Source of the DNA: a bacterium
Lineage (GTDB): Bacteria; Hydrothermota; Tepidihabitantia; Tepidihabitantales; Tepidihabitantaceae
Length of the DNA stretch: 41,494 nucleotides
Assembly (NCBI GenBank): GCA_046485245.1
Contig: JAWOHG010000224.1
Location: forward strand, 1-41,494
Reading direction: 5' to 3'
Shown here: in pieces, positions 1-9,569 of the stretch
Layout of the letters: each line of letters begins with the position of its first letter
How positions within the stretch are numbered: the first letter of the stretch is position 1
The notes under the pieces: generated by a model
What the model was told of the DNA's origin: nothing
The model's database searches: none
What the model saw: the letters and a program-made list of their open reading frames with translations, nothing else
Translations under genes and position numbers: made by a program

Positions 1-219
1 TGGCCCCACGTCGCCTACATGGCGCTCTGCAACCTCGTCTACTGGTACACGATGAGCCCCGAACTCATCCAGTACGCCCGGATGGGCCCCAAGGGCATCA
101 GCCCGACCCAGGAGGAAATCGCCGACTTCTTCGCGATGGGCAAACCGCTCGGCCGGCTGATGGACCGGTTCAGCATCCTCGCGCTCATCGCACGGCTGAA
201 GAAACGGCCGGCCGATTAG
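1..219 (+). CDS. 3' end of a hypothetical protein gene (5' end outside window)
   Basis: Frame 1 is open from base 1 to TAG at 217-219. Codon third positions are G/C rich. No recognisable motif. Confidence 0.45.
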   Translation, partial: WPHVAYMALCNLVYWYTMSPELIQYARMGPKGISPTQEEIADFFAMGKPLGRLMDRFSILALIARLKKRPAD

Positions 220-228
220 AACATTGCC

Positions 229-1428
229 GTGTCGCACCGGGCCGCTAGAATGCTGGATATGACAGGCTCACGCATTGGTGCCTGCGCGTTCGTGGTCGCG
301 GTGTCGCTCTGTTTCGGGCTGGAGTCCCGCTTCTCGGGCCTGTCATCGGCCCGCGTCGGCGCGCGCTGGGACACGGCTTTCGCGGCCGACGGGGCGCTGC
401 GCTACATCCCCGCGCTGTCGTTGAACCAGCCGCTCAGCCGCTCGTTCGCGCTCGACCTCGAGGCATCGGCCAATGCCTGGGCCTCCGCAGGCGGCCGCTC
501 GTTTGACGCGGTCGAAACGGACTGGGGAATCGAGCCGTACCGGCTGTGGCTGCGCCTGGCCGCGGCCGGGTTCGAGGCACGCGCCGGCCTGCAGAGAATA
601 AGCTTCGGCCAAGCCGTGCTGCTGCGCCCGCTGATGTGGTTCGACGGCCTGGACCCGAACGACCCGCTGCAGCTCACCTCCGGCGTGTGGGGACTGCTCG
701 GCCGCCAGGTCTTCGCGAACAACGTCAATCTCTGGGCCTGGGGCCTCCTAGGCAACGAGGAACCGCGTGGCTGGGAGCCGCTTCAATCCGAACGCTGGAG
801 ACCGGAAGTCGGCGGCCGGGTGCAGACGCCGGTGCCCGCCGGCGAACTGGCCGCGAGTTGGCATTACCGGCGCGCCCGGCTCGACTGGCCCGTCGTCCGC
901 CCTCCCATCATCGACACAGCCCGCCTGAAACCGGCCGAGCATCGCTTCGGCCTGGACGCCAAGCTCGACCTCGGCGTCGGGGTCTGGCTCGAGGCGGTCG
1001 CGGGCTTCGCGCGCTTCGACGAGGAGGGCCGCGCAGTCGGCGCCGACACGCTCTGGCCGGGCTGGCGCCGTTCGGCCTGCGTCGGCGTTGACTACACTTT
1101 CGGCATCGGCAACGGCCTGACCCTAGCCGTCGAGCACTTCCGGCTGGAAAACGCCCTCGGAGTGCTGTCCCGGCCCGAGGCCGGCGCGCGCCTGACCGGG
1201 CTGTCGGCCGCCTACCCGCTCGGCCTGCTCGACAACCTCCGCGGCCTGGTGTTCTTCGACTGGGAAAACAGCCGCATCTGCCGCACTCTGTCCTGGCAGC
1301 ATACCCTGGACCGCTGGTCCCTGAACGCCAGCGCCTTCTGGAACCCCGACTCGCTGCCGGCGTCAGGTCCAGTCTCGGGCGGCGGCGCTGGCAAAGGCCT
1401 CGCGCTGGTGGTATCATACTCCCATTAG
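229..1428 (+). CDS. hypothetical exported protein, possibly an outer-membrane beta-barrel, first gene of the ABC operon
   Basis: 399-codon ORF with strong GC3 bias and an N-terminal hydrophobic signal-like segment (IGACAFVVAVSLCFG). The body is W/G/aromatic rich. Its stop overlaps the GTG of the next gene (TAGTG at 1426-1430). The start could instead be ATG 250 or 259. Confidence 0.6.
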   Translation: MSHRAARMLDMTGSRIGACAFVVAVSLCFGLESRFSGLSSARVGARWDTAFAADGALRYIPALSLNQPLSRSFALDLEASANAWASAGGRSFDAVETDWGIEPYRLWLRLAAAGFEARAGLQRISFGQAVLLRPLMWFDGLDPNDPLQLTSGVWGLLGRQVFANNVNLWAWGLLGNEEPRGWEPLQSERWRPEVGGRVQTPVPAGELAASWHYRRARLDWPVVRPPIIDTARLKPAEHRFGLDAKLDLGVGVWLEAVAGFARFDEEGRAVGADTLWPGWRRSACVGVDYTFGIGNGLTLAVEHFRLENALGVLSRPEAGARLTGLSAAYPLGLLDNLRGLVFFDWENSRICRTLSWQHTLDRWSLNASAFWNPDSLPASGPVSGGGAGKGLALVVSYSH

Positions 1429-2174
1429 TGAGCGCGACAATGACAGCAGAACACCCCGACACCGACAGCGGCGTCCTCATCCGGACCGAGAAGCTCTACA
1501 AAGTCTACCCGATGGGCCGGCGCGAACTCGTCGCGCTCAAGGACATCAACCTCTCTTTCCGGCGCGGTGAGTTCGCCGGCCTGGTCGGGCCGTCGGGTTC
1601 GGGCAAGACGACGCTGTTGAACATTCTCGGGTCGCTCGACGCCCCGACCTCGGGCAGCGCCGAAGTGCTGGGCGAGCGGGTCGAGAAGCTCTCCCACGGC
1701 CGGGCCGCGGAGCTGCGCAACCGGCACATCGGTTTCATCTTTCAGACCTTCAATCTCCTGCCGGTCTACACCGTTTTCGAGAACGTCGAGTTCCCGCTTC
1801 TCCTGCTCGGCCTGGCCGCGGCCGAGCGCCGCGACCGGGTGATGCAGGCCCTGGACTGGGTCGGCCTGGCCGACCGGTCCCGCTCGCGCCCGGCCCAGCT
1901 CTCCGGCGGCGAGAGCCAGCGCGTCGCCATCGCCCGCGCCGTGGTCAAGCGGCCCGAACTCGTGCTCGCCGACGAGCCCACCGCCAACCTCGACGCCGCG
2001 AACTCGCACCACATCCTGCGCACGATGCAGGGGCTCAACCGCGACCTGGGCACCACGTTTCTCTTCTCCACCCACGACGAGAAAGTCATCGGCTACCTGC
2101 GCCGCAAGATAGTCCTGGTTGACGGCGCCGTGGCCGAGGACCGGCCGCACGCGCCCGGGGAAGGCGCGCCGTGA
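1428..2174 (+). CDS. ABC transporter ATP-binding protein (MacB/LolD type)
   Basis: Walker A GPSGSGKTT, ABC signature LSGGESQRVAIARA, Walker B LVLADEPT, H-loop STHD. An alternative ATG lies at 1440. Confidence 0.95.
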   Translation: MSATMTAEHPDTDSGVLIRTEKLYKVYPMGRRELVALKDINLSFRRGEFAGLVGPSGSGKTTLLNILGSLDAPTSGSAEVLGERVEKLSHGRAAELRNRHIGFIFQTFNLLPVYTVFENVEFPLLLLGLAAAERRDRVMQALDWVGLADRSRSRPAQLSGGESQRVAIARAVVKRPELVLADEPTANLDAANSHHILRTMQGLNRDLGTTFLFSTHDEKVIGYLRRKIVLVDGAVAEDRPHAPGEGAP

Positions 2175-3337
2175 TGCTCCTGCGGCTGGCCCTGCGCAAT
2201 CTGCTCGGCGCCGGCCTGCGCACCTGGCTGAACGTCGTCGTGCTCTCGATGTCGTTTGTCGCCATCATCGGCGTTCAGGGCCTGCTCGACGGGATGAACC
2301 GCCAGGCCGCCGACGCGGTCCGCGCGGCCGAGTACGGCGGCGGCCAGTACTGGCACCCGGCCTACGACCCCTACGACCCGTTCACCCTCGACGACGCCCA
2401 CGGGCCGGTGCCCGCCGAACTCGAATCCCTTGTCCGGTCGGGCCGGGCCGCGGCCATCCTCGTCGCGCGCGGCAGCATCTACCCGCTGGGCCGGATGACC
2501 CCGGTCCTGCTCAAGGGCATCGACCCGGCGCAGGCCGCGCTCGAATTGCCGGCCGCGGCGCTGGCCGACACCGGCGAACTGCCCCTGCTTGTCGGCAACC
2601 GGATGGCACAGGCCACCGGGCTGCACCCGCTCGACGCGGTCACGGTGCAGTGGCGCGACCGGCGCGGCACCTTCGACGCCCGGCTCGCCCGCGTCGCCGA
2701 GGTGATGTCCACCACCGTGCCGACCGTCGACAACGGCCAAGTCTGGCTCCCGCTCGAGCGCCTGCGGCAGATGCTGGATGTGACCGGTGAGGCGACGCTG
2801 GTCGTGCTCGCGCCGGGCGAGCCGGCGCCGGCCGTGCCCGGCTGGGTGTTCCGTGACACCGACTACCTGCTCAGCGACCTCACCGCGGTCATCCGGTCCA
2901 AGGGAGTCGGCTCGGCGATAATCTACACGGTGCTGCTGCTGCTGGCGATGCTGGCGATATTCGACACCCAGGTGCTCTCGCTCTTTCGCCGCCGGCGCGA
3001 AATCGGCACCCTGATGGCGCTGGGCATGACCCGGGGCCAGGTCATCGCGCTGTTCACGCTCGAAGGCGCGCTGCACGGGGTCCTCGCCGGTGCGCTCGCC
3101 GCGCTCTGGGGCTTCCCGCTGCTGCGCGCGCTGGCGGTCAACGGCTGGACCCTGCCCCCGACCTCCGACTCCTACGGGTTTGCGGTCGGCGAGACCCTTT
3201 TCCCGCAGTTCACCGGCGCGCTGGTGCTGGCCACCTCTGCCGTGGTCCTGCTCGCGACCACCGTCGTCAGCTTCCTGCCCACGCGCCGCATCGCCCGGCT
3301 CAAGCCGACCGATGCGCTCCGGGGGCGATTGACTTGA
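2171..3337 (+). CDS. ABC transporter permease, FtsX-like
   Basis: N-terminal LRLALRNL...TM helix, a large extracytoplasmic loop, and a C-terminal FtsX module (FRRRREIGTLMALGMTRGQV). The GTGATG start overlaps the upstream stop. Confidence 0.9.
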   Translation: MMLLRLALRNLLGAGLRTWLNVVVLSMSFVAIIGVQGLLDGMNRQAADAVRAAEYGGGQYWHPAYDPYDPFTLDDAHGPVPAELESLVRSGRAAAILVARGSIYPLGRMTPVLLKGIDPAQAALELPAAALADTGELPLLVGNRMAQATGLHPLDAVTVQWRDRRGTFDARLARVAEVMSTTVPTVDNGQVWLPLERLRQMLDVTGEATLVVLAPGEPAPAVPGWVFRDTDYLLSDLTAVIRSKGVGSAIIYTVLLLLAMLAIFDTQVLSLFRRRREIGTLMALGMTRGQVIALFTLEGALHGVLAGALAALWGFPLLRALAVNGWTLPPTSDSYGFAVGETLFPQFTGALVLATSAVVLLATTVVSFLPTRRIARLKPTDALRGRLT

Positions 3338-4608
3338 TCGGGTTCCTGGTCAAGGGACTCCTGCGCGACCGCTCGCGCAGCCTCTTCCCGGTCATCACCG
3401 TCGTCGCCGGCGTCACCCTGACCGTGTTCCTTTACTGCTGGGTCAGCGGTTCCGAGGCCGAGTACGTCCGCGCGAATGCCGCGTTTTCGACCGGGCACGT
3501 GAAGGTGATGACCCGGGCCTATGCACGGGAGGCCGACCGCGTGCCCAACGACCTCGCCCTCGTCGGCGTCGGCGAACTGCTGGAGCAACTGCGCGGCGAG
3601 TTCCCCGCGCTCGCCTGGACCCCGCGCACCGGCTTCGGCGGCCTGCTCGACATCCCCGACTCGGCCGGCGAAACCCGCAGCCAGGGCGCGGCCACCGGCC
3701 TCGCGCTCGACCTCGTCTCGCCCGGCTCGCCCGAACCGGGAATCCTCGGCCTCAACTCGGCCCTAGTCCGCGGCCGGCTCCCGGCCGCGCCCGACGAGAT
3801 ACTGCTCGCCGACGATTTCGCCCGGCGGCTTGAAGTCGAGCCGGGCGCGATTGCGACCCTGGTCGGCTCGACGATGTACGGCTCGATGGCGACCTGGAAC
3901 TTCCGGGTCGCGGGCACGGTCCGGTTCGGCATCGCGGCGCTGGACCGTTCCGCGGTCGTCGCCGACATCGGCGCGGTGCAGTCCGCGCTGGACATGACCG
4001 ACGCGGCCGGCGGGATACTCGGGTTCTTTCCCGACGGCATCTGGCGGCCGGCCCAGGCGGCCGCGGCGGCGGAGCGGTTCAACGCCGGCGTGGCCGACAC
4101 CACCGACGAGTTCAGCCCCGTGATGTACACCCTGCGCGACCAAGCCGGCCTGGCCCGGGTGCTCGACCTCGGCGCCTACGTCTCCGGCGCGGTCGTCGCC
4201 ATCTTCATCCTCGCGATGTCGATCGTGCTCTGGAACGCCGGCCTGATGGGCTCCCTGCGCCGCTACGGCGAGTTCGGCGTCCGGCTGGCCGTCGGCGAGT
4301 CCAAGGGCCGCATCTACCGGTCCCTGGTCGCCGAATCGCTCATCGTCGGGCTGTTCGGTTCGGTCGTGGGCACGGCGCTTGGCGTCGGGATATCCTACTA
4401 CCTGCAGGTCCGCGGCCTGGACATCGGTCCGATGCTCAAGAACGCCTCGCTGGTCATTTCCAACGTCATCCGCGCCCGGGTCACGCCGGCAAGTTTCGCG
4501 GTCGGGTTCGTGCCGGGAATCGTCGCCACCCTGCTCGGCTCGGCCATTTCCGGCGCCGGCATCTACCGGCGCCAGACCAGCCGCCTGATGAAGGAGATGG
4601 AATCGTGA
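3334..4608 (+). CDS. ABC transporter permease, FtsX-like (second copy)
   Basis: C-terminal FtsX module (LRRYGEFGVRLAVGESKGRIYRSLVAESL). The TTG start overlaps the upstream TGA (TTGA). Confidence 0.88.
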   Translation: MIGFLVKGLLRDRSRSLFPVITVVAGVTLTVFLYCWVSGSEAEYVRANAAFSTGHVKVMTRAYAREADRVPNDLALVGVGELLEQLRGEFPALAWTPRTGFGGLLDIPDSAGETRSQGAATGLALDLVSPGSPEPGILGLNSALVRGRLPAAPDEILLADDFARRLEVEPGAIATLVGSTMYGSMATWNFRVAGTVRFGIAALDRSAVVADIGAVQSALDMTDAAGGILGFFPDGIWRPAQAAAAAERFNAGVADTTDEFSPVMYTLRDQAGLARVLDLGAYVSGAVVAIFILAMSIVLWNAGLMGSLRRYGEFGVRLAVGESKGRIYRSLVAESLIVGLFGSVVGTALGVGISYYLQVRGLDIGPMLKNASLVISNVIRARVTPASFAVGFVPGIVATLLGSAISGAGIYRRQTSRLMKEMES

Positions 4609-5327
4609 TTGCACACCACCTGCTGCTGGCCGCCGCCCTGCTCGCCGCCCCGCCTTCCGGCGAGGAGATACTGCGCCGGGTCGACGCCAACCTCGGTTCA
4701 AACAACAAGCTCACCGTCGGCGAGATGGTCATCCGCGGCCGGCGCGGCAGTCGCTCGGTGCGTTCCCGTTCCTGGATCGAGGGCACCGACCGCTCGTTCA
4801 CCGAGTACCTTGCCCCGCCCCGCGAAAAGGGCACCAAGATGCTCAAGCTCGGCCGCCAGCTCTGGACCTACACGCCCCAGACCGACCGCACCGTGCTGAT
4901 ATCCGGCCACCTCCTGCGCCAGTCGGTGATGGGCTCGGACCTCTCCTACGAGGACCTGCTCGAAGACCCCGAGCTCACCCGGCTCTACACCGCCGAGGTC
5001 GCCGGCAACGACTCGGTGCTCGGCCGCGACTGCTGGCTGCTGGACCTCGCCGCCCGGCGCCCCGACCTCGCCTACCAGCGCCGCCGCGTCTGGGTGGACA
5101 AGGACCGCCACATCGTCCTGAAGGAAGAACGCTTCGCCAAGAGCGGGGTGCTGCTGAAGACGACCGAGGTCCGCGCGGTGCGCCGCTTCGGCGCGCGCTG
5201 GGTCGCGCAGCGCATCCTGTTCCGCGACATGCTCGGCTCCGGCGCCGGCACCGAGTTCGTCCTCGACTCCATCGCCTTCAACGTCCCGGTCCCCGCCGGC
5301 CTGTTCACCAAGGCCTCGCTGAAGTAG
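4605..5327 (+). CDS. outer membrane lipoprotein-sorting protein (LolA-like)
   Basis: Signal peptide, then a LolA_like-type sequence (RSWIEGTDRSFTEYLAPPREKGTKMLKLGRQLWTYTPQTDRTVLISGHLLRQSVMGSDLSYEDL). GTGA overlap with the permease gene; AAGGAG lies 8 nt upstream. Confidence 0.8.
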   Translation: MIAHHLLLAAALLAAPPSGEEILRRVDANLGSNNKLTVGEMVIRGRRGSRSVRSRSWIEGTDRSFTEYLAPPREKGTKMLKLGRQLWTYTPQTDRTVLISGHLLRQSVMGSDLSYEDLLEDPELTRLYTAEVAGNDSVLGRDCWLLDLAARRPDLAYQRRRVWVDKDRHIVLKEERFAKSGVLLKTTEVRAVRRFGARWVAQRILFRDMLGSGAGTEFVLDSIAFNVPVPAGLFTKASLK

Positions 5328-5330
5328 CTG

Positions 5331-5729
5331 ATGCGCCCCGGCCGGCCCCTGCGCCTGCTGCTCGTCGCGGCCGGCACGCTTTCCCTCGTCCTCGGGGTCG
5401 TCGGCATCTTCGTGCCGCTACTGCCCACGACACCGTTCCTCGTGCTCTCGGCCGCGCTCTACATGCGCAGCTCCGACCGGCTCTACGGCTGGCTCGTCAC
5501 GAACCGCGTCACCGGCCGGTACATCGGCAACTACCGCCGGCGCCGCGGCATGACCCCGCGCCACAAGGCGCTGACGCTCGCCCTGCTCTGGGCCAGCCTC
5601 GGGTGCTCTGCCGCCTTCGCCACCCGCAGCACGGCGGTGCGCCTCGTCCTCGCCGGGGTCGGCGTCGCGGTCACGCTCCACGTCCTCCTGCTGCGCACCT
5701 GCCGCGACACGCCGCCGCAGCGCGCCTAA
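5331..5729 (+). CDS. ybaN: DUF454 inner membrane protein YbaN
   Basis: LGVVGIFVPLLPTTPFLVLSAALYMRSS... closely resembles E. coli YbaN (LGVVLPVLPTTPFILLAAWCFARSS). Confidence 0.85.
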   Translation: MRPGRPLRLLLVAAGTLSLVLGVVGIFVPLLPTTPFLVLSAALYMRSSDRLYGWLVTNRVTGRYIGNYRRRRGMTPRHKALTLALLWASLGCSAAFATRSTAVRLVLAGVGVAVTLHVLLLRTCRDTPPQRA

Positions 5730-6454
5730 CCCGCCGGCCTGCGCTTCACCAGCCCGACCCGCCGGCCCAGCCACAGCATTCCCCGGCCCATCCCCGACTG
5801 CTCCAGCACCACCGTTGGGTCGGCCCAGCGCGGGTCGCGGCGCAGCCTCACCCAGCGGCGTATCTCCGGCACCATCGCGGCCGTGAACACCGCGTTGATG
5901 AACACCGCCCACGCCAGGTACGCCGGGCTGCGCGTCGTGAACCACATCCAGGGCACGAGCAGCACCACCCCGGTCATGTATACCGACAGCACGTCGCGCA
6001 GCACGAACAGCCCGAACACGTACCCGCCGACCGAACAGGCCAGCATCCCCAGCGGGTCGATTGCCAGCGCCCCGGCGTAAATCGCGAGAATCCCGCGCCC
6101 GCCGCGGAACCGGTACCACACCGGCCAGACGTGCCCGAGGAACCCGGCCGCGGCGACCAGCAGGAAGTACGGCGCCCCCCGGAACGCGAACCGGAAGACC
6201 AGCGTCGGCGCCGCCACCTTGAACATGTCCAGCAGCATCACCAGGAACCCGTAGCGCATTCCCAGGTGCGCCGTTATCGTCGTCGCGCTGACAAAGCTGA
6301 AGTCCATCGTCTGCTCGCTGCCCTCGACCCGGATGCTCGTGCGGCTGATGTCCCGCCCCGGCGCGAAGACTGCGCGCACGATGCGGGCAAACGACACCGA
6401 ACCGCACAGGTACCCGGCCGCAACCGCGGCCGCAGCCAGTCGCCAGTCCATCAC
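5726..6454 (-). CDS. PlsY-family (glycerol-3-phosphate acyltransferase-like) membrane protein, divergent
   Basis: N-terminus GYLCGSVSFARIV and GHVWPVWYRFRGGRGILA match PlsY motifs. The canonical GSGNxGATN loop is replaced by DFSFVSATT. The GTGATG start overlaps the upstream stop. Confidence 0.7.
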   Translation of the reverse strand: MMDWRLAAAAVAAGYLCGSVSFARIVRAVFAPGRDISRTSIRVEGSEQTMDFSFVSATTITAHLGMRYGFLVMLLDMFKVAAPTLVFRFAFRGAPYFLLVAAAGFLGHVWPVWYRFRGGRGILAIYAGALAIDPLGMLACSVGGYVFGLFVLRDVLSVYMTGVVLLVPWMWFTTRSPAYLAWAVFINAVFTAAMVPEIRRWVRLRRDPRWADPTVVLEQSGMGRGMLWLGRRVGLVKRRPAG

Positions 6455-8946
6455 CTCGCCTCCTCGTTCGGTCCCCGGCGGGCGCAGCGGTCCGGGGTCG
6501 CCTTCGCCTCCCCCGGCATCGGGCCCAGGTACACCCGTCCCCGTGAACCGTCAACGGTCAGGGACTGGCCCTCGCGTATCGCCCGCATCGCGCCGCGCAC
6601 GCTGACCACGGCCGGTATGCCGTACTCGCGCGCCACTATCGAGCTGTGCGAAAGCTGCCCCCCGGTCTCGGCCACCAGCCCGCCGATTCCCGGGAACAGC
6701 GGGGTCCAGCCGACGTCGGTGAACGGCACCACGAGGATGTCCCACTCGTCCAGGCCGGCCGGCGCCCGGGCCGGCTCGGTCACCAGCCGCGCCCGGCCCC
6801 GGGCAACCCCGGGACTCCCCGCGATGCCGGCCAGAAACTCGCCCGCGGCCGGCGGCGGCGCCGCGCCGGCTGCCTCCGCGCCGCTCATCGTGTCCGGCGG
6901 CTCGAGAACGCTGTCCTCATCCAGCCGGTTCCGGCGCTCCTCGACCAGGCTTTGTGCCGCCCCCGGTTCGACCCGGCCCGCCGCCACCGCGCGCAGCTCG
7001 TCCAAGTAAAGGAAGAACACGTCGTCCGCCTGCCTGAACACGCCGCGCCGGCAGAGCAGCGCGCCGAGCGAAAGAAACGCGCGGCGCATCAGGTAACTCT
7101 CCTCCGACATCACCAGGCTCACCCGCTCCCGCAGTTCCATCTGCTCGGCGGCACCGCGCAGCAGCCGGTCAAACAGCCGGCCGCGGGCCGGGCCCAGCCG
7201 CTCGCGCGCCCTCGCCGCAGCCCGGCCGCAGTCGACGGTCTCCCTTGCCCTGCCCGGCCGCCCGGCCAGCCGCGCGACCGCCTGCCACAGCAGCCGCGGG
7301 TCCTCGACCCACGGCACCTCGGTGAAATCCGAACCATTGGCGCTCAGGAAACCGAAGCGGCACAGGAACGCGTCGAACTCGGCCAGCAGCGCCCTGCCCT
7401 CGGCAGAACGCGCCAGCGCGGCCCGGGCTGCGGCGTCGTCGCCCGCGGCTGCCGCCTGCCGGGCCTCGCTGTCGTGCGCCGGCAAAAGCCGGGCGATGCG
7501 CTCCAGCGCGCGGTTCGGCCCCAGCGCGGCCGTGTCGGCGCCGGGGCGCAGCAGGTCGGCGACGCTCACTCCCGGCGCGCGCTCTCGCAGCAGCCGCTCC
7601 ATCAGCCGCCGCTGCACCGCCATCGTCATCGGCCCGACAAACACCCACCACTGGGAGCGGCCGTGCAGCGCCATCAGCCGGTCGGCCAAGCCGAGCAGGC
7701 CGGCCTCGTCCAGCCCTGCCTGGTCGGTCCGGCGGATGTCCTCCAGCTCGCGGCCGCGCTCGTCGAGAAACCGGCGAATCTGAGGCGCCGACCGGGCAAA
7801 ACGCCGGGCCAGCGCCGCCAGCCGCAGCAGCGAACGCGCCAGCCGCAGGCTCGGCTTCAACGCCGCGCGCCGCGCCCGCTCGTCGCGCGTCACCATTTCC
7901 AGCGCGTTCATCGGCAGTCCGACGCGCGCCATCAGCTCGCCGACCACGGTCATGTCCGCGTACACCCGCGAACGCACCCGGCGCACTATCGTGCCGTACT
8001 CGAACCCTGTCCGGCCCAGCAACTGCTCGAATATCGGGCGAAAAACGTTCTCGGTCTTGGCCAGCGTCTTCGTCGACCAGACCAGCGGCTTGACCAGCCC
8101 GGGCGACATGTCGGCGACGATGCGGTTGGAGTAGACGTGTCGGCCGGCGAGCGAACTTATCGGCCGCGCCTGCAGCAGGAAGAGCTCTTGCCCGTCCCAG
8201 GCCCACTCCACGTCCTGCGGCACGCCGGCCCGGGCCGCGACCGCGACCGTCGCACGGGCAATCTCCAGCACCAGCTTCTCGTCGAGCAGCGGCTCATCCC
8301 CGGCCACCCTGACCTCGACCAGCGCGCCGCGGCCGTCAACCACGTACCGGTCCGGCCGCCGGCGACCGTCGACCACCGCCGTGCCCAGCCCTGCCGCCGC
8401 CTCGATGACGACGTTGTGCGCCCCGGTCAGCGGGTCGGCGCTGAACGCCACCCCGGCCGCGCGCGCATCGACCATCCGCTGCACCACGACCGCGCACCGC
8501 CGCTCGCCCCCGCGCGCGTCGGCAAACCGCGCCTCGTACACCCGCACCCGCCCGCCCGCGGCCGAATCCCGGCACTGCCGCACCGCGCCGATTACCGCCT
8601 CGACCCCGCTTACATTGAGAAGTGTGTCAAGCTGCCCGGCGTAGGAAGCCGTCGATGAGTCCTCCCCGACCATCGAAGACCGCACCGCCACCGGCCCGCC
8701 CAGCCGGGCCAGGGCCCGGCCGATATCCCGGGCCGGGCCGGCCGGCAGCCCCGCGCCGTCCCCGACCCGCTCCAGCGCCGCGGCCGTGACGATGAACCCC
8801 TCCGGCACCCGCTGCCCGGCGCGCACCAGCCGGGCCAGCCCCGCCCCCTTGCCGCCGGCATTGTCCGGGTCGAGCGCGGCCCGGCTCGCCAGGCCGATTA
8901 CGGAACGGCTCATCTCAACATCTGCGCCGGGAAGCTCCCTGCTCAC
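6451..8946 (-). CDS. PEP-utilising enzyme family phosphotransferase (PPDK_N ATP-grasp plus C-terminal swivel-His domain; PpsA/rifampin-phosphotransferase-like architecture)
   Basis: N-terminal GGKGAGLARLVRAGQRVPEGFIVT (PPDK_N). C-terminal ILVVPFTDVGWTPLFPGIGGLVAETGGQLSHSSIVAREYGIPAVV (mobile His domain). No TIM-barrel PEP/pyruvate domain. Confidence 0.85.
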   Translation of the reverse strand: MSRELPGADVEMSRSVIGLASRAALDPDNAGGKGAGLARLVRAGQRVPEGFIVTAAALERVGDGAGLPAGPARDIGRALARLGGPVAVRSSMVGEDSSTASYAGQLDTLLNVSGVEAVIGAVRQCRDSAAGGRVRVYEARFADARGGERRCAVVVQRMVDARAAGVAFSADPLTGAHNVVIEAAAGLGTAVVDGRRRPDRYVVDGRGALVEVRVAGDEPLLDEKLVLEIARATVAVAARAGVPQDVEWAWDGQELFLLQARPISSLAGRHVYSNRIVADMSPGLVKPLVWSTKTLAKTENVFRPIFEQLLGRTGFEYGTIVRRVRSRVYADMTVVGELMARVGLPMNALEMVTRDERARRAALKPSLRLARSLLRLAALARRFARSAPQIRRFLDERGRELEDIRRTDQAGLDEAGLLGLADRLMALHGRSQWWVFVGPMTMAVQRRLMERLLRERAPGVSVADLLRPGADTAALGPNRALERIARLLPAHDSEARQAAAAGDDAAARAALARSAEGRALLAEFDAFLCRFGFLSANGSDFTEVPWVEDPRLLWQAVARLAGRPGRARETVDCGRAAARARERLGPARGRLFDRLLRGAAEQMELRERVSLVMSEESYLMRRAFLSLGALLCRRGVFRQADDVFFLYLDELRAVAAGRVEPGAAQSLVEERRNRLDEDSVLEPPDTMSGAEAAGAAPPPAAGEFLAGIAGSPGVARGRARLVTEPARAPAGLDEWDILVVPFTDVGWTPLFPGIGGLVAETGGQLSHSSIVAREYGIPAVVSVRGAMRAIREGQSLTVDGSRGRVYLGPMPGEAKATPDRCARRGPNEEAR

Positions 8947-9503
8947 TCATTGGCCAGGGCCCGGGCAAGCGCGAACACGGCCCGCGCCTCGGTTCCATCC
9001 CGCCCCGGCGGCCCGGTCCCGCGCCAGCGGATGCGGCCCGCGCGGTCGAGCAGGAACATGTGCACCACTCCGAAGTCCCTGATGCCCAGCCGCGACGAGT
9101 ACTGGCGGTAGTCGGCAAAGACCGGCATCACGTAGCGATGCTGGTGCCGGGGAATGGCACGGCGCATCCCGCGCTCGATTGTCGGCCGCAGCGTGCGCAC
9201 CACCGCGCTGTTGCCCATCATCGGCACCTCGTACGCGGCAAACCCCGAGTCGTTCTCGAACTCCTCGGCGTACTGCAGCAGCCACTTCGTCAGGTCGTTC
9301 TGCAGCTCCATCTTGAAACCGAACCCGACCAGCGTCACCCGGCCCGCGGCCGAGTCCGGCAGCACCACGACCGACCGGTCCAGGGCCGCGGCCTCAAGCC
9401 GGGGAAAACGCGGCCCGGCAGCCGGCGGCTCGACCCCGGCCGTGATTGAAAAACATCCCGCCAGCAATACCAGCAGAAGTGCCCGGCGGCTGGTCATCTT
9501 CAC
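8943..9503 (-). CDS. hypothetical lipoprotein
   Basis: Signal peptide with lipobox LLAGC. GGGAGGTG sits 4 nt upstream of the ATG. GTGA overlap with the downstream gene. No CXXC or other catalytic motif seen. Confidence 0.7.
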   Translation of the reverse strand: MKMTSRRALLLVLLAGCFSITAGVEPPAAGPRFPRLEAAALDRSVVVLPDSAAGRVTLVGFGFKMELQNDLTKWLLQYAEEFENDSGFAAYEVPMMGNSAVVRTLRPTIERGMRRAIPRHQHRYVMPVFADYRQYSSRLGIRDFGVVHMFLLDRAGRIRWRGTGPPGRDGTEARAVFALARALANE

Positions 9504-9569
9504 CTCCCTTTCTCGGCGTCGCTCTCGGAACGCCGCGGCCGACCCGCGCCCGGTTCCTGCTCACGCCTC

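Noticed and set aside
6646-8658. 670-aa plus-strand ORF, together with 7169-8206 (-), 5603-7009 (+) and 5418-6554 (-)
   Set aside because: All of these overlap the PEP-utilising enzyme and PlsY-like genes in other frames or on the other strand. They are extremely R/P/A-rich and have no recognisable domains.
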